Shown one piece after another: positions 58,618 to 64,000 of a DNA stretch of 64,000 bases. The DNA lies in contig NW_019029017.1 of assembly GCF_002105155.1 (NCBI RefSeq), positions 186,001 to 250,000 of the forward strand. Direction: 5' to 3'. The DNA is from Lobosporangium transversale (lineage: Eukaryota). Positions within the stretch are counted from its first letter, which is position 1; each line of letters opens with the position of its first letter. A model generated the notes under the pieces. That model was not told the origin of the DNA. It searched no databases and saw only the letters and a program-made list of their open reading frames with translations. The position numbers and the translations under genes are program-made.

Positions 58618-61171
58618 TCAATAGGAAGTAGTCGTGTTCACAGCAGACTCCCGAGTTTGATTATGGAACATACTTTCCAGGCCACAGTCACTACCATTTC
58701 TACGGATGCTCAGTCTTTTTGGGAGTGCGCTTGAGGTCGATTGGGACATGAATGTAGATGAGGTAGTTATAGTGGTGGAAGGATAGTTATCAAGAGCGCT
58801 TTGGCTACGGCGAGAGCCTTGGTGATGAGGCTGATGGCCATGAGAGCTTACAGCGTTATTATTTTCTAAAAGTGCCAAGGGCGCGCCACGGCCGGTTGCC
58901 CACTCAATGCCTAGATCACCTTCAAACCCAAGTCCTGCCAAATAATTGGACGTGTCCTCGTCAAATTCTGGGTGCAGTAGATTGGATTTGACGTGATCGC
59001 CGAATCGCCGTAGAGTTGAGATCACTGCTGCCAGAAGGTTAGAGTCGCGTTCTCCGCTACATGATATACGCCAGTGTCCAGGATAGTAGCCGATGTCAGT
59101 AACGAAGCAGACCAATGGCAATGAAGAGGAAAACCATCAAGACATACATATCATTGTTACCTTGTCTGCCCTTGGCGTTCACTTTCTGCACCTTGATTCG
59201 AGCTTGGTTTAATGGCTTGAGTACGGGGAGCATCATCTCGTAAATTGTCCGGAACAGTTGGCGGGAAATGTACTTGCATTGGGTCAAGATGCTCACTATG
59301 CACTGATTCTATAGGGACAGTAGATGCTGCTGTCACCGCCGAAAAAGGTTGATGTGCCTTTCCATAGTCCTGATAGCTGGTCCTATGCCATGCCTGTAGC
59401 CTCTTAAGAGCTTCCAATGAAGATGCAGAAACTTGTTGTTTGATCCTTTTCATGTTTGTAGCATTGCTGCCCATCGAATCAACGGAAGAAGATGCAATCG
59501 TATTGGTACACGGGTTCTTGTTTATGGTCGTAGAATTGGACCAGGAGCGGCGTCTCATTTTTACTGGCGTGTTATCTGACAAATATTCCGGGACGAGAGT
59601 CTTTGATAGACCAACTAAGTCTGTGTCATCATAGGAAGCATGGCGTGCCAGTGCCTTTATGGGATTGATCTGGAAACGTCACAAGTATTACTCTTTACTC
59701 TTGAAGCCTTATATTCATGTTACTTTTTTTTTTTTTTTTTTAAAGATAAAATATAGTCCAAAAAACTTACATGTGAACTGTCATCCAAATCTAGCTCCAC
59801 TTCGCGCGATCTAAATGTACTCAAAGCACTTTCAAATACTTGCAACCAACTTTGCTTGGCAGGGATATCAATCACCATGGCATCAATGTCCTCCATCTCC
59901 GCTTCGTAAATATTACATTTTGAGAGCTTGGATGGACCGGGGCGTCTTTTAGAGTACTTTGAGGTACTAGTCGCAATAGTAGCAGTAGAGGGAGGTGGGG
60001 ACGGTAAATGATGATGAGAGTGAGAGTAACCCAAAGTACTGCGTTGTGTGCTCGGAGATGCAGCCAACAGCTGCTTTTGGTGGGATGAAGGGACGTAGCG
60101 ATCCTGCAAGAGAGAAATATTGTTGATTACAGTATCAAATTCACCTGGGGAAACAGGACCTTTTGATTTTGTAACCCATCCTTTTTCGCTCCATTGTTCT
60201 CTATGCTTTTGCTGACGCTGCCGGTGCTTGATTGATGAAGATGTGGAAGAAGAGCTTTCCCACCCAGTATACAGCTCAGACTCATGGTCAGAACCCACAC
60301 GAGACGAAGATGGAGTGCTAGTATTCATTACAAAGTTACCAGCACCATCATGGAAGAGCATCTGGGTATGGAACCTGTTTCCAACTCCACTTAAATGCTG
60401 TGCAAAAGACGGATGTATCATATTATTGAGCGAAGTCGTTGATGGAGATGATCCCGTATAGGGCGATGCTGGGGTAATACGGCGTGCAGAGAGTCGCGGC
60501 GTGGCCGTATTAGAAGATGATAAGTGACCTTCGTCATCGTCCTGTGACCAGATAGAAGGATCTTCAGACTCGCCCTCTATGCTTTCTAGACCCTCACTGG
60601 TAAAATCAGAGTAGCTCAAAGTACCGATACTGCTGGCTCTATCTCTACGACGACTATGTGTTTCATGCAGTCGAAGTGACATTGCATCTCTACCACGTGG
60701 GCCAATAGCTGTTGTTGCCAATTCAGTAAGACTATCACGGACATCGTCCCCTTCATCCGAAGACAGGGTTCCGGTCTCATGAGTAAAAGTTTCAGTACTA
60801 TTACTCCTGATACTGCCTGTGACAGCCCCTGATAGGGAGGGTCGTTGATGACGCTGACCTAATACGAAACTCCATTCCTGCGCACGCTGTTGCTCCTGGT
60901 GCAAATACAACTGTTGTCGCGCCCGCGCCCGAGCAGCACCACTAGTGTTATGGTGACGGATGGACGTCCATTCTTGATCTAATGCATCGTCAAGGAGGAT
61001 ATCGTCTGCTGGATTGATATGAGATAAGGCTGCTGCATGTGACGAGCTAGATAATATCGATTCACTCGTATGTTTACCAGCAGTTGCATGCTGTGATGCA
61101 GGCAAGTCCTGCTCAGATGAGTATCCGCCAGTTTGACGGTTGTAGTGTGTGCGCTGCTTGTATGTTGCCAT
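58618..61171 (-). CDS. Uncharacterised Ser/Thr-rich, largely disordered protein; exons ~61171-59771, 59669-59161, 59056-58618
   Basis: Three long ORF segments joined in frame by canonical GT-AG introns; no domain recognised. Confidence 0.75.
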
Positions 61172-62378
61172 GGTTGGTCTTTACTGTTTAAAGTCGAGAC
61201 GGGTGTGATGAAAAATGGGCGAGTAGACTTTTACTAAAAATATTAAGAGTTGTAAGGAAGATAAAGAGTTGGTGAGTGCGAGAGTGAGATTATTTATGAG
61301 AGGACGGCATCAGCGACAGAACGAGGGTGAAAGAGTGTGGATGAATGGGTCTGAGAAAAAGGAGTAAGTCTTTTTTTATCAAACAAAAAGAGATAAGACA
61401 CCACACGAATTCGTTCCCGCACATACAAAATTTAATTAGACACATGCATACCGCATGGCGTCGGATAGAAGAGCAATGAGATGAGGTTAACAAAAGGTGG
61501 GGCAATAAGCTGGCATAAATGAGGCAAAAAAGAAAAAAAGCCCTTTGTCTCTTTGTTTTAATCGATGAAAAGGAAGTGGCTCAACCGATGATATATTTAT
61601 TTGATGGGTAATGGACAGCAGTGAGGAACGAGTCTAAATCATTTTTGGTTTGCTAATTGGGGATGATAGTTGGATGCATCATCGATAATGATCTTGGGAG
61701 CATTTCTTTCCCTTCCACAGCATGTATCAGCCCCTTGCAAATGGTGCAACATCTGAATCCTCTCTCACTGTCGTGATTCTGAACGTTGCAGTCGTGATTT
61801 TCATTTGTGCAATGTTCATTCACTCTACCCCTTCACTCGTTCTCATGTAAACCACACCACAGAGCAACAGCAAAAACTACCCCTAACCCATGTTGAGACT
61901 GATATCTCTTTCTCTGGAAAGAATGCATATCGTAGTGCGGCCGTGCGATCAATAGCCAATGGGCAATGAACAAATGCTCCCAGAAACAGAAAGTATAACC
62001 GAAACCAAGGACCCTTTTTTGGTCAAAATGCGTTGTGAGTGACGGCTCAATCTAGCATGACTTCTTACTGTAAACTATGTGAACGGAGTTTTTTTTTTTA
62101 AAAGTGGTTATAGCCTACTTTGATTGCTACTGTAATCAGATGGAGATGGAAAAGGGAAAGAAATGAGCTTGACAGATGATTGTAATGTACTCATGCACAA
62201 AAAAGAAAAAATATAGACCCATGGGACTCATGGACTGTTATATCACTCATCGTTGGGTAGGTCATTCGCCCAAAGAAATTGTGTCACCTTCTGAGCTGAG
62301 CACAGTATGACAAAAAAAGTCACAAACCCCACCTTTTGGAACCTATGATGAATTGAATGATGAATGATTTCATATTTA

Positions 62379-63875
62379 TCATTTGCGCTGTTGCTGAACA
62401 AGGCGAAACAGATCTGCTACAAGATACAACGATCCACAGAGGATCACCACATCATCTTCCTGACGCTGAGTCCCAACCCAAGCAAGTGCAGCCCTCAGAT
62501 CTGTACCAAATGAACGTATCTCCAACGATCCCCAACAATTCTCCTTTTGTTGGTCCCGTCGCTGCGTCAAACGGTCGCAAACTTCCTGCGCAGCAATCGA
62601 CGATACCCACGGCATGCCCTCTGGTGGAGTAAACTCCACTGCTGAGAACGTATTTGTTTCAGATCCTTGATTTTGTGGATGTAAATGTTGAAAGAGTAAT
62701 ATATCAAACATTTCTTCAATATCTTTGCCCTTCGTTAATCCCACAATCCAATGTATTCTTGGTCGAATTCCCGATAACAGAGATCTCCTAGCGACATGCT
62801 CATTCACAAATGAACGCAGTGCAACGGCTGCTGCAGGATTGTGAGCCCCATCGATCAACATCTGGCCGTTAACTTCCTTTGGTGCAACTGTATCCTCAAC
62901 CCACTGCAACCTCCCTGGCCAAACCGTTTCCTCCATACCCTTGCGAATAGTTTCCTCTGTGATCTTTTGACTCCAAATCATATCGCTTTTATCGTTCTTT
63001 CGCAGCACATCAATCGCTCTAATAGCCGCAGCCGCATTCTCCAGCTGGAAGTCTCCCAGCAATGGTAACCAAAATTTAAATCCGTCATCCTCTAGCTCTG
63101 CCCAATGTCCTACTGGATTGTTGGACCTCAAACCAAACGAAGCGGCCTTTTCTGCGCTGATCAAACACGCCGGCTTCGCTTTAATAACTTTGTTCAATGG
63201 TAATCCTACACTTATGGCCTTATCTTCCAAAATTTTATAGACCTTCTCTCCCTCCACTTGAAAAGAAACGACAACAGGGACTCCCTGCTTAATAATCCCT
63301 GCTTTCTCTGATGCAATCTCTTCGATAGTGTTTCCCAATACAGTCCCATGATCCATTCCAATGGACGCAATTACACAAACTTTGGGATTTGGCACAACGT
63401 TAGTCGCATCCAATCGCCCACCTACGCCGACTTCAATTACTGCAATATCTACCCGTTCTTGTTCCTTCCCTGCCTTTAGCTGACGATTTGGATCATGGCT
63501 ACGACCGTAAGCAAACCAGTAAAACGCGACGGCGGTCAGAATCTCAAAGGAAGTCGCCTTCAACTCTAACTCCCTGTCTTTTTGCCTGACGACTTCAGTG
63601 ACATAGTCGTAATCGCTCTGAGATATGGGCTGATTATTGATCTGGATCGTGTCACGAGGAGTAATGAGATGTGGTGAATTGTAGCGACCTACACGGAATC
63701 CTGAAGCCTGAAGGATCGATGAAATGTAAGCACAAATGGACCCTTTACCATTTGTTCCTGCGACGTGAATTATAGGGTATGTGAGATGTGGGGCAAGATC
63801 ATATGCGTTTGCAGAGGTCGATGGGGGCTTGAGTGCTTCAAGCAATCGAGTAACACGATTTAATCCGAGATCCAT
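62379..63875 (-). CDS. FolC-family dihydrofolate/folylpolyglutamate synthetase (Fol3-like), single exon
   Basis: MDLGL.R, IHVAGTNGKGS, SPHL, EVGVGGRLDATN, DH...LG..I..IA.EKAGIIK, WPGRLQ, DGAHN, CGSLYLVAD. Confidence 0.93.
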   Translation of the reverse strand: MDLGLNRVTRLLEALKPPSTSANAYDLAPHLTYPIIHVAGTNGKGSICAYISSILQASGFRVGRYNSPHLITPRDTIQINNQPISQSDYDYVTEVVRQKDRELELKATSFEILTAVAFYWFAYGRSHDPNRQLKAGKEQERVDIAVIEVGVGGRLDATNVVPNPKVCVIASIGMDHGTVLGNTIEEIASEKAGIIKQGVPVVVSFQVEGEKVYKILEDKAISVGLPLNKVIKAKPACLISAEKAASFGLRSNNPVGHWAELEDDGFKFWLPLLGDFQLENAAAAIRAIDVLRKNDKSDMIWSQKITEETIRKGMEETVWPGRLQWVEDTVAPKEVNGQMLIDGAHNPAAAVALRSFVNEHVARRSLLSGIRPRIHWIVGLTKGKDIEEMFDILLFQHLHPQNQGSETNTFSAVEFTPPEGMPWVSSIAAQEVCDRLTQRRDQQKENCWGSLEIRSFGTDLRAALAWVGTQRQEDDVVILCGSLYLVADLFRLVQQQRK

Positions 63876-64000
63876 TTGTAATGTAGTTCAAAATTTGCAA
63901 AGAAAGGTGAATAAAAAAGCTTTCATAGATTTTCGTTATATTACGCCAAATTTTTTGTTTTAATTCTTTAAATGTGGAATCCTATGCGCGGGGATTCTCC

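Noticed and set aside
35485..63875. Vitamin (riboflavin/folate) or RNAi-chromatin (Arb1/HDAC) gene cluster
   Set aside because: The genes are far apart and interleaved with unrelated housekeeping genes; chance adjacency suffices.

Overview
Gene-dense, intron-rich eukaryotic DNA from an early-diverging fungus. GT-AG introns with CTRAY branch points and the gene set suggest Mortierellaceae/Mucoromycota; this placement is inference. I can support about 21 protein-coding genes, mostly housekeeping: a RING E3 ligase (partial), a Bub2/Cdc16 GAP, Zim17, an Ups1/PRELI protein, CysRS, a secreted lectin-like protein, cactin, Tsr1, FAHD1, Prp8 (no intein), riboflavin synthase, p24/Emp24, Arb1, a PPR protein, cyclin H, Ste14, a class I HDAC, a bHLH factor, mitochondrial mL59, an orphan gene and a FolC-family enzyme. 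There is no intact mobile element, rRNA, canonical tRNA or CRISPR array. The best non-obvious signals are: (i) a tRNA-headed putative Pol III RNA/SINE upstream of PRP8; (ii) a ~0.6-0.7 kb diverged repeat present twice that reads as a decayed flavin monooxygenase 5' end; (iii) unusual introns, with poly-A next to the 3' AG, poly-T/poly-A pairs and frequent AAG acceptors; (iv) a dual-start CysRS; (v) a telomere-like G-tract array in a bidirectional promoter. I found no convincing multi-gene novel system. Exon boundaries were read by eye and may be off by a few bases.
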